Shown one piece after another: positions 52,704 to 62,820 of a stretch of DNA of 64,000 nucleotides. The stretch lies in contig JBCBJQ010000003.1 in the NCBI GenBank assembly GCA_038523235.1, positions 1 through 64,000 of the forward strand, in the 5' to 3' direction. Origin of the DNA: Cyanobacteria bacterium J06626_4. Its GTDB lineage: Bacteria; Cyanobacteriota; Cyanobacteriia; Phormidesmidales; Phormidesmidaceae. Made by a program: the position numbers and the translations under genes. The notes below the pieces were generated by a model that saw only the letters and a program-made list of their open reading frames with translations, did no database searches and was not told the origin of the DNA. Position 1 is the stretch's first letter, and each line of letters starts with the position of its first letter.

Positions 52704-53366
52704 ATGACGTCCCCCAGTCCTACCCTAAAGCTTCTCGTTGTGGATGATCACGAAGCCGTTTTGGGCGGCACTGTGATGACCTTAGAAAAGACCTATCCAA
52801 CGGCCGCCATCCGGACGGCCACGACCGTGGAGTCAGCGCAAACGGAGTTGTCCTATGGCGCGCCTGATTTGCTGATGATGGATCTCTCGATTCCCACCGC
52901 GCCGGGAGCAACCTCAGAGATTGAGGCCGGGATTGAGCTGCTGCGATCGCTGCTCGAGCGCTACCCAGAGCTCAACATTGTGGTGCAGAGCGCTCACGTG
53001 CGCTCGCTAGTGCGCCTCAAGCCGGCGATTGACAGCCATCAGGCCGGATTTACCATCGCCGACAAAAATTTGCCCATGCAGGAAATGTTGACCAAGGTTG
53101 ACTGGGCCTTAAAGGGACTGATCTATACCCCCCGCGACATGCGCGCCGGGATTGAGGTGAAACCCGAATGGCTAGAGGTGTTGCGACTCGCCTTCAAAGA
53201 AGGGCTGCAAGATAAGGCGATCGCCGAAGAAATGAACGTTGCTGAACGCACCGTGCGTCACTATTGGACGAAGGTACAAGATGCCCTGGAAGTGTATCCT
53301 GAAGCGGGCAAAAATATTCGGATTCAAACCGAAATTCAGGCCCGTGAGGAAGGGCTGATCGACTGA
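52704..53366 (+). CDS. NarL-type response regulator (REC + HTH)
   Basis: LVVDDH and LLMMDL motifs; HTH GLQDKAIAEEMNVAERTVRHYW. Confidence 0.92.
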   Translation: MTSPSPTLKLLVVDDHEAVLGGTVMTLEKTYPTAAIRTATTVESAQTELSYGAPDLLMMDLSIPTAPGATSEIEAGIELLRSLLERYPELNIVVQSAHVRSLVRLKPAIDSHQAGFTIADKNLPMQEMLTKVDWALKGLIYTPRDMRAGIEVKPEWLEVLRLAFKEGLQDKAIAEEMNVAERTVRHYWTKVQDALEVYPEAGKNIRIQTEIQAREEGLID

Positions 53367-53405
53367 TGCCCCTGGCCTTGATCTCTGCAGTTTGGAGAGT
53401 CGCTG

Positions 53406-55355
53406 GTGCCCACCTCTAAAGCTCCCTACCCGAATGAGCAACCAGCCGCCCAAGCGACCTGGCAGCGCCAGCTTGTGCCAGGCATCACGGTCATTGTTTT
53501 GGTGGTGATATTGCGGCTGTTGGGAATTTTTCAAGCGGTGGAATGGGAGGCGCTTGACAGCTTTTTGCGCTGGCGTCCCGCTGAACCCACCGATAAACGC
53601 CTCCTCATCGTCGGCATCAATGAAAGCGACATACAGCAGGTTGGCACCTATCCGATTCCCGATGCGACGCTGGCCGCTTTGATCACGCAGCTGCAAATGA
53701 GCGAGCCGCGAGCCATTGGCCTTGATGTCTATCGGGACTTTCCTGTCGAGCCCGGTCACGCCGACTTGGTCGAGGTGTTGACTCAATCGCCTCAGGTGTT
53801 TGGGATCGATAAAATTACCCAAGAGCCGGTCGCCCCGCCCCCGGCTTTGCCCCCTGAGCAGGTAGGTTTCAACGACTTTCCTTTAGATCGAGATGGGTTC
53901 GCGCGGCGCGCCTTTTTGGGGGCTGTGCCCGCAGCGCCTCATCCTGATGCGGCGCAATTTCGGATTGCCTTCCCGTTGCTTTTGGCCGAAGCTTACCTAG
54001 CAGAGGACGATCTCTTTTTAAGAAATGGCCGCCGCAATCCAGAGAATATGCGATTTGGGGACACTGAACTCATTCGGTTTGCCGCGAATATGGGCGGCTA
54101 TGTCGGGGCTGATGCGACGGGCGTACAGATGTTAATTAACGTGCGCAGTGGGGCGTCGCCCTTTGAGGTGGTCTCGATGACTGAGGTGCTCACGGGGCAG
54201 GTTGATGAGTCGTTGATTCGCGATCGCGTCGTCTTCATCGGGATTACGACGCCCAGTATTAAAGATCAGTTCAATACGGCAGCGACGAATGCGCCGACTC
54301 ATCCCTTGGTCTATGGGGTCGAAATGCACGCCCACGTCACCAGTCAAATCTTGAGCGCCGTGTTCGATGGCCGCCAGCTGATCACGACCTGGCCCGACGG
54401 CTGGGAATATCTGTGGATTGTGCTGTGGGGGGGTGTCGGCATGGGGCTGGTGCGGTTGATTGCGCGACCGGCCTGGTACGTGCTCGCGGTGGGCCTGTTG
54501 GGGCTCGGCCTGGGTGGTCTCAGTCTGAGTCTGCTGTGGTGGGTGGGCTGGTGGCTGCCGGTGATTCCCGCCTTGGTGGCTTTTACCTTTAATGGACTGA
54601 TTTTGCCGGGATTTTATTTCTACGACCAAACGCTACGATCGCGCATTGCCGAGCGTCAGCGGGTGATTGAAGAAACCTATGATGCGATTCACAATGGGCC
54701 GCTGCAAACGCTGGCCCTGCTACGGCGACAGCAGGACACCTTATCAGCCAAGGCGAACGAACAGTTGGGCAATCTCAATCAAGAGTTGCGCACTGTATAC
54801 CATCGCTTGCAGCAAGAGTCGTTGGCGACTACCGATCAGCTGCAACTCGGCAATCAGCAGATGGTAGATTTGCGCAATGCCCTGCACGAAGTGCTGTACG
54901 AAGTCTATAACGAGACCCTACAGCGCGATTTCCCCGGTTTTGACACGCTGAAGTTTAAGGTCGTCAAGTTTGAGCCCCTACAAGAGTCCTGGCTCACCGC
55001 TGCGGACCGGCGATCGCTCTGCCGCCTGTTTGAAGAAATGCTGTGCAATGTGGGCAAACATGCCATAGGGGCCAAGCGCCTCACCGTTGACTGTCGCACC
55101 ACAGACACCGAAAACCTGATTCGGGTTGCCGACAACGGCAAAGGAAACAGTACGCCGTCAGCCAGTACACCGCCGTCAGCTGCGGCTGCCAGCTCTGGAG
55201 GACGGGGCACTCAGCAGGCCCAAGCGCTAGCCGCCCGGCTCCAGGGCGAGTTTCAGCGAACCTTGCAAAAAACGGGAACGGTCTGCGAAATTCGTTGGCC
55301 TTTGAAGCGGCCTCGCCCCTGGTGGCAAACTTATCCCTGGAGGTTGAAACCCTGA
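53406..55355 (+). CDS. CHASE2 sensor histidine kinase (HisKA_3-like)
   Basis: CHASE2 (YPIPD, AIGLDVYRD, GVEMHAH), three TM helices, IHNGPLQ, CNVGKHA, VADNGKG, GGRGT. Confidence 0.9.
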   Translation: MPTSKAPYPNEQPAAQATWQRQLVPGITVIVLVVILRLLGIFQAVEWEALDSFLRWRPAEPTDKRLLIVGINESDIQQVGTYPIPDATLAALITQLQMSEPRAIGLDVYRDFPVEPGHADLVEVLTQSPQVFGIDKITQEPVAPPPALPPEQVGFNDFPLDRDGFARRAFLGAVPAAPHPDAAQFRIAFPLLLAEAYLAEDDLFLRNGRRNPENMRFGDTELIRFAANMGGYVGADATGVQMLINVRSGASPFEVVSMTEVLTGQVDESLIRDRVVFIGITTPSIKDQFNTAATNAPTHPLVYGVEMHAHVTSQILSAVFDGRQLITTWPDGWEYLWIVLWGGVGMGLVRLIARPAWYVLAVGLLGLGLGGLSLSLLWWVGWWLPVIPALVAFTFNGLILPGFYFYDQTLRSRIAERQRVIEETYDAIHNGPLQTLALLRRQQDTLSAKANEQLGNLNQELRTVYHRLQQESLATTDQLQLGNQQMVDLRNALHEVLYEVYNETLQRDFPGFDTLKFKVVKFEPLQESWLTAADRRSLCRLFEEMLCNVGKHAIGAKRLTVDCRTTDTENLIRVADNGKGNSTPSASTPPSAAAASSGGRGTQQAQALAARLQGEFQRTLQKTGTVCEIRWPLKRPRPWWQTYPWRLKP

Positions 55356-55375
55356 TTTGCCCAGCCGGATTTACC

Positions 55376-55424
55376 TGGCCGAAAACTGTCACGCCGTTGA
55401 CCCATTGATGCCAGATAACTGGCT
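55376..55424. promoter_or_regulatory. Two operator-like palindromes upstream of the DUF928 gene
   Basis: tggccgaaaactgtca (55376-55391) and tgccagataactggct (55409-55424). Confidence 0.5.
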
Positions 55425-55552
55425 GAAATTGAGGAGACGTTGAGGCTAACCTTTGCCTATCGTGGAAATAACGACCATCGAGATGCAGCAGCCGATCGAT
55501 CTAGTTGGCCTGTTGCGAGCCCCCAGACCAATCATCCATTTGGGATTCAGCC

Positions 55553-56344
55553 ATGATTTCTCATCAGCCCCGCTCTCGCTTTCGTCTCAAGCCATCGACC
55601 ACTGGTCTCGGGCGCAGCCTGATGTTACTGCTGCTAGCCGGACCAAGCTTGGCCACTACCGGTGGGGCGATCGCTGCCTCACCGCCGCTCGACAGCAATC
55701 ATAAGGGACGTGCCTACGAGCCGCCGCCCAACTCTCGCATTTCGGGGGGCGGCAATACTGGTAGCGGCGGCTCGCGCGACTGGTGTAGTGACGATAGCTT
55801 GGCGGCGATCGCGCCTCAGTTTAGCGGCGTTGGCCAATCCTTCTCGACTCGTCCCACCTTTGTGTGGTACACCGACAGTCCGACCGTGGGCGTCATGCAG
55901 TTTGAGCTGTATCAGGGCGATCTCGAAGAGCCGATTTTTAGCGAAACTGTCCTCCCCCAGTCCAACTTTGTGGCCTACACGCTGCCAGCGACCGCCCCTG
56001 CCCTCACGGTCGGAGAAACCTACTGGTGGCAAGCTACGCTGCGCTGCAGCGCTGATACGGAAATGGTCAGTAGCTGGATCGCCACCTCGGTGGAAATTGT
56101 TGACTCAACCCCCACCCTGCCCGCCGCGGGCGCTGCCAGCAGTTCGATTCAAATGGCGCAAGCCTATGCCAGCTCCGGTTTGTGGTACGACGCCCTGGCC
56201 GAAGTGTACGATCCAGAAACGTTTGACGAGTACCTCTTACGCCAAGATTTGCTGTTGGATTTGGCTGATTTAGAGGCCGCATCGGGGAACGCGATCGCGA
56301 TTGACATCAGTGAGCAGCTCCAAGACCTGGCAGAAATGTTCTAG
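55553..56344 (+). CDS. DUF928 domain secreted protein
   Basis: Signal-like N-terminus; GGSR, RPTFVWY, LTVGETYWWQ and YASSGLWYDAL motifs. Confidence 0.9.
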   Translation: MISHQPRSRFRLKPSTTGLGRSLMLLLLAGPSLATTGGAIAASPPLDSNHKGRAYEPPPNSRISGGGNTGSGGSRDWCSDDSLAAIAPQFSGVGQSFSTRPTFVWYTDSPTVGVMQFELYQGDLEEPIFSETVLPQSNFVAYTLPATAPALTVGETYWWQATLRCSADTEMVSSWIATSVEIVDSTPTLPAAGAASSSIQMAQAYASSGLWYDALAEVYDPETFDEYLLRQDLLLDLADLEAASGNAIAIDISEQLQDLAEMF

Positions 56345-56436
56345 CCCAGGCGGTGGCTTCGTCCAAACTCGACACTCCCACGCAAAGCAATCCCTGGTGC
56401 GGGAGCGTTGTTGACCGACCTCGATCTGTTTGACGT

Positions 56437-58125
56437 CTACTCAAACAGATCGAGGTCGGTCACGGCGCCTCGACTACTAGAGGAAACTAGCTTGGCGTAT
56501 TTACCCAAAACGCCTCGCGTGTAATTGGGCTGATGTCCTGACCAGTCGGTCCGGCGCTGGGCCAATGTTGCCTCATCGACATTGAGCTGCAGTAGGTTCT
56601 GGTCAGCGTCAATGGTGATGGAATCACCCTCCTGCACTAAGGCGATGGTGCCCCCCACTGCTGCTTCCGGCGCAACGTGACCCACGACCATGCCGTAGGT
56701 GCCACCGGAGAACCGACCATCGGTGATCAGACCAACGGAATCGCCCAATCCTGCACCGATGATGGCGGAGGTGGGGGCGAGCATTTCGCGCATACCGGGG
56801 CCACCCTTCGGGCCTTCGTAACGCACGACCACGACATCACCCGCCACAATTTTTTTGTCTAAAATTGCGCGCAGGCAGGCTTCTTCCGATTCAAACACGC
56901 GAGCCGGGCCAGTGATTTGACGGTTTTTGATGCCGGTGAGCTTGGCAACCGCGCCTTCTGCCGCCAGGTTGCCTTTGAGAATGCCAAGGTGCCCTTGGGG
57001 ATAGAGGGGCGCGTCAAAGGGGCGAATCACGTCCTGATTGTCACGGGGCGTTGGGGAAATGTCGGCTAACAATGCCGCCACTGTTTGGCCGCTAATGGTC
57101 AGTGCTTCACCATGTAGCAAGCCTTGGCTGAGCAGCATTTTCATTACCTGCGGCACCCCGCCTGCCTGGTGGAAGTCAGTTGCCACATAGCGACCCGATG
57201 GTTTCAAATCACAGAGCACCGGCACGCGCTGCCGGATCGTTTCAAAGTCATCAATGGTGAGATGCACCCCGATCGCATTGGCGATCGCCAGCAGGTGCAG
57301 CACTGAGTTGGTTGAGCCACCGATCGCCATGATGACGGCGATCCCGTTCTCAAAGGCCTGGCGCGTGAGAATCTGCCGGGGCAAAATTTGTTGGCGAATA
57401 GCATCTACCAGCACCGCTGCCGATTTCTCGGCGCTGTCAGCTTTTTCGGCATCCTCAGCCGCCATCGTTGACGAATACATCAGACTCATGCCCATCGCCT
57501 CAAACGCCGACGACATCGTGTTAGCCGTAAACATGCCGCCGCATGAGCCCGCTCCTGGGCAGGCATTTCGCTCAACCGCGAGTAACTCGTCATCATCAAT
57601 TTTGCCAGCGCTATATTGACCGACGGCTTCAAAGGCACTGACGACTGTCAGGTCTTCGCCATTATGATGCCCCGGCTTGATGGTGCCGCCATAGACAAAA
57701 ATCGCGGGAATGTTCAACCGACACATGGCAATCATGGCGCCGGGCATGTTTTTGTCACAGCCCCCGATCGCGATCACGCCATCTAGACTCTGCCCATTGC
57801 ACACTGTCTCAATGGAGTCGGCAATGACTTCGCGCGAGACCAGGGAATATTTCATCCCCTCAGTGCCCATCGAAATGCCATCGCTAATCGTGATGGTGCC
57901 AAAGAGTTGGGGCATGCCCCCAGCCTGCTTGAGGCCCGCCTCTGCCCGCTTGGCTAAGTCATCGAGTCCCATGTTGCAGGGGGTGATGGTGCTAAACCCG
58001 TTAGCGACCCCGACGATCGGCTTAGCAAAGTCACTATCACCAAACCCCACCGCTCTCAGCATGGCTCGGTTTGGCGTGCGCTGCACACCCTGGGTGACGA
58101 CCTGGCTTCTACGATTATCCGACAT
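56437..58125 (-). CDS. ilvD: Dihydroxy-acid dehydratase
   Basis: [35 protein letters not shown] and TDGRFSG motifs. Confidence 0.98.
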   Translation of the reverse strand: MSDNRRSQVVTQGVQRTPNRAMLRAVGFGDSDFAKPIVGVANGFSTITPCNMGLDDLAKRAEAGLKQAGGMPQLFGTITISDGISMGTEGMKYSLVSREVIADSIETVCNGQSLDGVIAIGGCDKNMPGAMIAMCRLNIPAIFVYGGTIKPGHHNGEDLTVVSAFEAVGQYSAGKIDDDELLAVERNACPGAGSCGGMFTANTMSSAFEAMGMSLMYSSTMAAEDAEKADSAEKSAAVLVDAIRQQILPRQILTRQAFENGIAVIMAIGGSTNSVLHLLAIANAIGVHLTIDDFETIRQRVPVLCDLKPSGRYVATDFHQAGGVPQVMKMLLSQGLLHGEALTISGQTVAALLADISPTPRDNQDVIRPFDAPLYPQGHLGILKGNLAAEGAVAKLTGIKNRQITGPARVFESEEACLRAILDKKIVAGDVVVVRYEGPKGGPGMREMLAPTSAIIGAGLGDSVGLITDGRFSGGTYGMVVGHVAPEAAVGGTIALVQEGDSITIDADQNLLQLNVDEATLAQRRTDWSGHQPNYTRGVLGKYAKLVSSSSRGAVTDLDLFE

Positions 58126-58813
58126 GACTATGGGTCCGCCTGTACTTCAGAATTGCTCATCCAATCCTACCGAATTGGGTTCCTCACAATGCATAGATTG
58201 AATCGTTGACGATCCATAAAAAGCGAGCATTCTTGAGCAGTGGACGGAGGGAGGCCCGACAGCCTCTAGCGGTGGGGGAGTTACTTGTAGCAGAGGGTAG
58301 GTGCCGGGTTCAAGGTACAGGGAAGGGCCTTGCTGGGAGCGATCCGGCGATTAAAAGTGTCCAACCCTGACTGCGGCTCGCTATAAAAATGATGCTTCTG
58401 ATCGCTGGGGTAGGACACGGTCAAATCCTGCCAGCAAGCATTTTGATGCTGAGGACGGTGATTGCAGCGCCGCCCTTTTACCAGATTCGGGAGAAAGTCA
58501 GCAGGCTGGGGATCAGCTCAGTTGGAAGACAGCTTCGGGCCGCCGCCGTGCGATCACCGCTGGGGCGGCAGGGGCAGGTCACAGTCACAGAGACAACAGC
58601 TAATTTAATCGATAGGAGAGAGTCTGGTGGAAATCGCGTTAGTATTACTCAACTGCGTTTTACTAGCCCCGGTAAAGGCACTTAGTCGCTTTTGTTAGTT
58701 TTTCACCCCCAAAAAAGCTGATGAAAGTTGCCGACTGACGACCCGATGAGGTGGGGTTTTGTCACTCAGATGTCAGTGCAATTCCTGAGAATTTCCGTTC
58801 AAGGATCAACCGT

Positions 58814-59653
58814 ATGGATGCTAACGAAGTAATTACCCGCTATGCCTCAGGAGAACGGGATTTTCGGGGTGCCGATTTGCAGGGCCTCAATTTAACGAAT
58901 GAAAATCTGAGAGATATCAACCTGCGGCAAGCAAATTTGAAGCAGGCCAACTTGACCGGGGCTGATTTGAAAGGGGCAAATTTGCGGGAAGCCCTGCTCG
59001 GCAAGTGCGTCTTGCAAGATGCGCAGATGGAACTCGTCAATCTGATCGGGGCCGACTTGTCCCATGCCAACCTCAATAATGTCAATCTCAACGAAGCGGG
59101 CATTCGCGGGGCTAACTTGACTGGTAGTCGGCTAGAAAAGGCCAAAATGCAGAACGCGAATCTGAACGAGGCGACGCTGGATCATGCCCAACTACGAGAA
59201 GCGGATTTGTCGCATTCGGCCCTCAATCGATGTCACCTGATTGAAGCCGATTTGACCTTAGCCAAGTTGGAAAGCACTAGCTTTGCCAACGCGATTTTGA
59301 CCGGCGCGACATTGACCGGCGCGAATCTTTCGACGGCGTTGCTGAGTGGGGCCAACTTAGACAATGCGGATTTAGGGGGCGCTGACTTGAGCCGGGCCAA
59401 GCTGCAGGGGTGCACGTTAGTCAATGCTCACTTAGTGCAGGCTAATCTGCGGGGGGCAAATTTGAGCTGGAGTTCGCTGCGTGGGGCAGAACTGCGCGGG
59501 GCAACGTTTTATCGGGCGAAGTTGAGCTGGTCAAACTTGAGCGGGGCAACCCTCAACGAGGCCGTGATGATCAATGCCAGCATGGAGTATGTCAACTTGC
59601 GGAATGCTGTGCTGACTGGGGCTATTCTGCCGGACGGGAAGACTCACGAATAG
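58814..59653 (+). CDS. Pentapeptide repeat protein
   Basis: YASGERDF start, continuous A(D/N)Lxx repeats, LPDG end. Confidence 0.95.
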   Translation: MDANEVITRYASGERDFRGADLQGLNLTNENLRDINLRQANLKQANLTGADLKGANLREALLGKCVLQDAQMELVNLIGADLSHANLNNVNLNEAGIRGANLTGSRLEKAKMQNANLNEATLDHAQLREADLSHSALNRCHLIEADLTLAKLESTSFANAILTGATLTGANLSTALLSGANLDNADLGGADLSRAKLQGCTLVNAHLVQANLRGANLSWSSLRGAELRGATFYRAKLSWSNLSGATLNEAVMINASMEYVNLRNAVLTGAILPDGKTHE

Positions 59654-61478
59654 AGTCGTCGTCAGCGGCTTGATAAATGATGGGCGATCGCGGGCCAAGA
59701 CGAGCGGCTAAATCTATCGGTTGCCAGGGTAACTGAGCGATGGTTTCTCGTCTCAAATTGGCAATCTGATGGCGGGCCCCAATGAGTTCTAAATGCAGCA
59801 GCGAGGCAAGGCTCTTAACGGTAGGGGTCAGACGACGAGTGAGTCGATCGCGGTTGGCCAACCAGCTATCAATACTGCGGGGCAGGCGATCGCCATAGCG
59901 AATGGGGAGCGTCGCCGTTGAAAAGATGGCCGCATAGTCAGAACTGAGAAAAGCCTGATATTTTTCTGCCTGGTCGGTTTGCTGCATGACAAAGCTCAGC
60001 ACCGTGCCGTTGAGATATTGCCGCAGCTGCAGCGTTTCATCTTCCGGACGCTCAGACATAAAGGGCACCTGGGTCAGGGCCGGATTCAGGTTGGCTGGAT
60101 CACCCACACTCAGATGGGTGCCCCCAATGATGGCGACCAGCGATCGCGGCCCAGTTAATTGATTAAACGGTCGCAGCTGCTGGTCAGACACTGAGGCGAT
60201 GCCGTCATGGGTGCTCGTCACCACCAGCGCCGGCACATTGACCGGTCGCAAACCCTGGTCGCCAAAGATATGCCCCGCCAACGGATTCATCAGCACGAGC
60301 TGATTAATGCGCGGATCTGCCAGTCGTTCAGGCGGTAGCGTCGCCTCCGTCGCCGCACATTGAAACCAGTCGGCAGGCGAAGAAGCGCCGACCTCAAGGC
60401 CGACGCAAAACTTGCCAAGCGCAATCGGGTCAACCGTGCCACCGGCTAAAACCAAACCGGTGTAGCCCCCGAGCGAATGCCCTACCAGGGTCACGGCATC
60501 CGTTTGTAGGTGGCCGCGCAGAAAAAACGAATGCTGATTGAGGTCGGCTAAACGATCAAGAATAAAGCTCACATCGCGCGGACGCTCGATAAATTCCTCA
60601 GCGGGCAGCAGTGGCCCTTCCGCTTTGATCAGCGCATCGACATTGCTACCAGGATGTTCTAACGCCACCACAGTCAGCCCGTGGGACGCCAAATGCTGGG
60701 CTAAATAGTCTAAAAAATGGCGATCGGCCCCGAACCCGTGGGACAGCACCACCGTGGGGCCAGGAGCACTTTCCGACCAATAGAGGTCAACGGGGATGAC
60801 CCGATCGCGATCGTGATCGCGAAAGGACACTGACCAGCGTTCAAAGTCTTGGGAACCCGATACGGAGGGATCAAATCGGGGCGATAGCGCCCCCATTGAG
60901 GGGGTATTGAGTTCTCGATCTAACACTTGCCCCAACGCGGTTTGCTCCAGGTGAGACAACCCTAGCTGTGAGAGGAGGCGCAGCAGAGCCATGCCATCTA
61001 AATTGAGCGTATCGCCGGGGAGTGACTGCAGCAATGTGATGGCAGTGACCCCAGCGTCACTGGTTTCAGCCGTCTGCAGGGCCGTTTGAATGATTTCTGG
61101 GGTGAGGCTGGGGGCCACTCGCTCCAGCATGGCGACAAAAGGCCGACCGTTTTCGCCATCCATTAAGTCTTGAACGAAGCGATCGCGAATACTGGGCTCA
61201 ACATTGAGATGGTTGTTGAGGGCTTGTTGCACGGTGGGGGTCAAGGCTGCTTGATAGCGCTGCAGTCCCGTCGGCACCTGACCCGTTTGAGCAAAGGCTT
61301 CTAAATCGCTGATGTGCAGTGTGGTCTGAGTGGGACCAAACTTGACGGCGATTTCGCTGATTGCACCGCTAGGCAGAGCACTGAGGACGATCGCGCCGCC
61401 ACTCAGAACACTGGCTGTCAAGCCCTGGAGTCCGTGATGAATCAGTTTTTTAAGCAAAAATCGTGAGCGCTGGCGCAT
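59622..61478 (-). CDS. DUF1400 plus alpha/beta hydrolase
   Basis: LEAFAQTG (DUF1400-like), SHGFG, GHSLGG nucleophile elbow, GGTH. Confidence 0.9.
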   Translation of the reverse strand: MRQRSRFLLKKLIHHGLQGLTASVLSGGAIVLSALPSGAISEIAVKFGPTQTTLHISDLEAFAQTGQVPTGLQRYQAALTPTVQQALNNHLNVEPSIRDRFVQDLMDGENGRPFVAMLERVAPSLTPEIIQTALQTAETSDAGVTAITLLQSLPGDTLNLDGMALLRLLSQLGLSHLEQTALGQVLDRELNTPSMGALSPRFDPSVSGSQDFERWSVSFRDHDRDRVIPVDLYWSESAPGPTVVLSHGFGADRHFLDYLAQHLASHGLTVVALEHPGSNVDALIKAEGPLLPAEEFIERPRDVSFILDRLADLNQHSFFLRGHLQTDAVTLVGHSLGGYTGLVLAGGTVDPIALGKFCVGLEVGASSPADWFQCAATEATLPPERLADPRINQLVLMNPLAGHIFGDQGLRPVNVPALVVTSTHDGIASVSDQQLRPFNQLTGPRSLVAIIGGTHLSVGDPANLNPALTQVPFMSERPEDETLQLRQYLNGTVLSFVMQQTDQAEKYQAFLSSDYAAIFSTATLPIRYGDRLPRSIDSWLANRDRLTRRLTPTVKSLASLLHLELIGARHQIANLRRETIAQLPWQPIDLAARLGPRSPIIYQAADDDSIRESSRPAE

Positions 61479-61701
61479 CGAAACAATGGCACCCAATGTA
61501 TAAACAAACGCCAATTTGTATGCAGAGCGTTGATCTAATCTAAGGGACAAGCCCAGGCTTTGAGAGGAGGCAAAGTGTCAAATTTTGTTGCCAAAATTAA
61601 ACTGCTCCCGGCAGGTTCAAGCGCTGGCCCGTTATTCCCATTACTCTAAATTGACTTTGGCGAGCAGTCTACAATGCCCTTGGTCATGACGAGCGTAGCC
61701 A

Positions 61702-62196
61702 TTGACACGGATTTTAATTGGCATCATTGGCCCCGGCGAAACCGCCACCGCTACCGAAACCGCCACCGCGTCGGCGTTGGGCGCGGCGATCGCGCAACAG
61801 GGCTGGGGCATTGTCACTGGCGGACGCGCGGCAGGCGTGATGGCAGCAGCCAGTCAGGGGGCTCAAGCGGCCCAGGGCTGGGTCGTCGGTATTTTGCCCG
61901 ACGCCACCACTGAGCAGATGTCAGCAGCGGTTGATATCCCCATCATCACGGGCATGGGCAACGGTCGGAACGTCATCCTGGTGCTATCTAGCCGCGTGGT
62001 GATTGCCTGTGGTTTGGGCGCGGGCACCCTGTCAGAAATTGCCCTAGCGCTCAAGCTTAAGCGGCCCCTGATTTTAATGTTGAGGGCGACTGAATTGCAG
62101 GCGACTTTACAAGCGTTGACCGCAGAGAAAGTCCTCATAGCCGACACGGTAGAAACGGCGATCGCCCAGGTGCGATCGCGCCTCGCAGACGGATAG
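61702..62196 (+). CDS. TIGR00725 / SLOG family protein
   Basis: IVTGG..GVM.AAS.GA, TGMGNGRN and GTLSEIALA motifs. Confidence 0.88.
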   Translation: MTRILIGIIGPGETATATETATASALGAAIAQQGWGIVTGGRAAGVMAAASQGAQAAQGWVVGILPDATTEQMSAAVDIPIITGMGNGRNVILVLSSRVVIACGLGAGTLSEIALALKLKRPLILMLRATELQATLQALTAEKVLIADTVETAIAQVRSRLADG

Positions 62197-62397
62197 TGGA
62201 TCAAATGCAAAGATTTACCAGCGTCTTGAGCTAACCGTGATTGAGGCCATGGCGGTCAGAGGAAGGACGCATGAGATTTGTCTGCCGCCACCCCACGAGT
62301 GAAGTGATCAAGAACCCGGTCAGCGGCTTTGTCAGACTCCCTTTATTCTAAAGATAGTGTTCGCTCGCCACTGTATGCCCTTTTATCAAGACGTGAT

Positions 62398-62676
62398 ATG
62401 GCTGACAACCCTGACCAAAAGGACAACTTTCTGACCCCCCGCAGTTCCTATTGGGGAAAGCCAACCCTGCCCAATCTCACGTTCAATGCGAACTTACAAG
62501 AATTTGCTCAGCGCATCTCTTACATTTGCAACCTGGAAACGGGAGGCAAAATCAGCTCTGAGGAAGCCTATACAGAGATCAAACGACTCTGGAAACAGCT
62601 TAAAGCGTCTAAGAAAAACTTGTTAGATACGCCCCCGCCAGAGCTGGGGCCAGAAGATCTGCCCGAGGATGACTAA
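62398..62676 (+). CDS. Conserved cyanobacterial hypothetical protein
   Basis: FNANLQEFAQRISYICNLETGGKIS..EAY..IK.LWK.LK pattern, which I recognise as a common cyanobacterial small protein. Confidence 0.8.
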   Translation: MADNPDQKDNFLTPRSSYWGKPTLPNLTFNANLQEFAQRISYICNLETGGKISSEEAYTEIKRLWKQLKASKKNLLDTPPPELGPEDLPEDD

Positions 62677-62692
62677 CCCCAATCGCTGACCT

Positions 62693-62820
62693 TTAGGGCG
62701 CGTCATCAGTTGAACTTGAAAGTCTTACGGTGTAGACAGCATCGCGCCCGTCTCGTAAACCTAGCTAGCGGCTGAACCGCTTTCAGCATCAGGATTCAGC
62801 CGCTAAATGACAGTCTCTAG
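62693..62820 (-). mobile_element. MITE-like family B, copy 3
   Basis: cgcgcccgtctcgtaaa.ctagctagcggctgaaccgctttcagcatcagga.tcagccgctaaatga matches the other B copies; its terminal ctag is the stop codon of the next gene. Confidence 0.8.

Noticed and set aside
58814..59653. 15-bp periodic DNA repeats
   Set aside because: Explained by pentapeptide-repeat coding.
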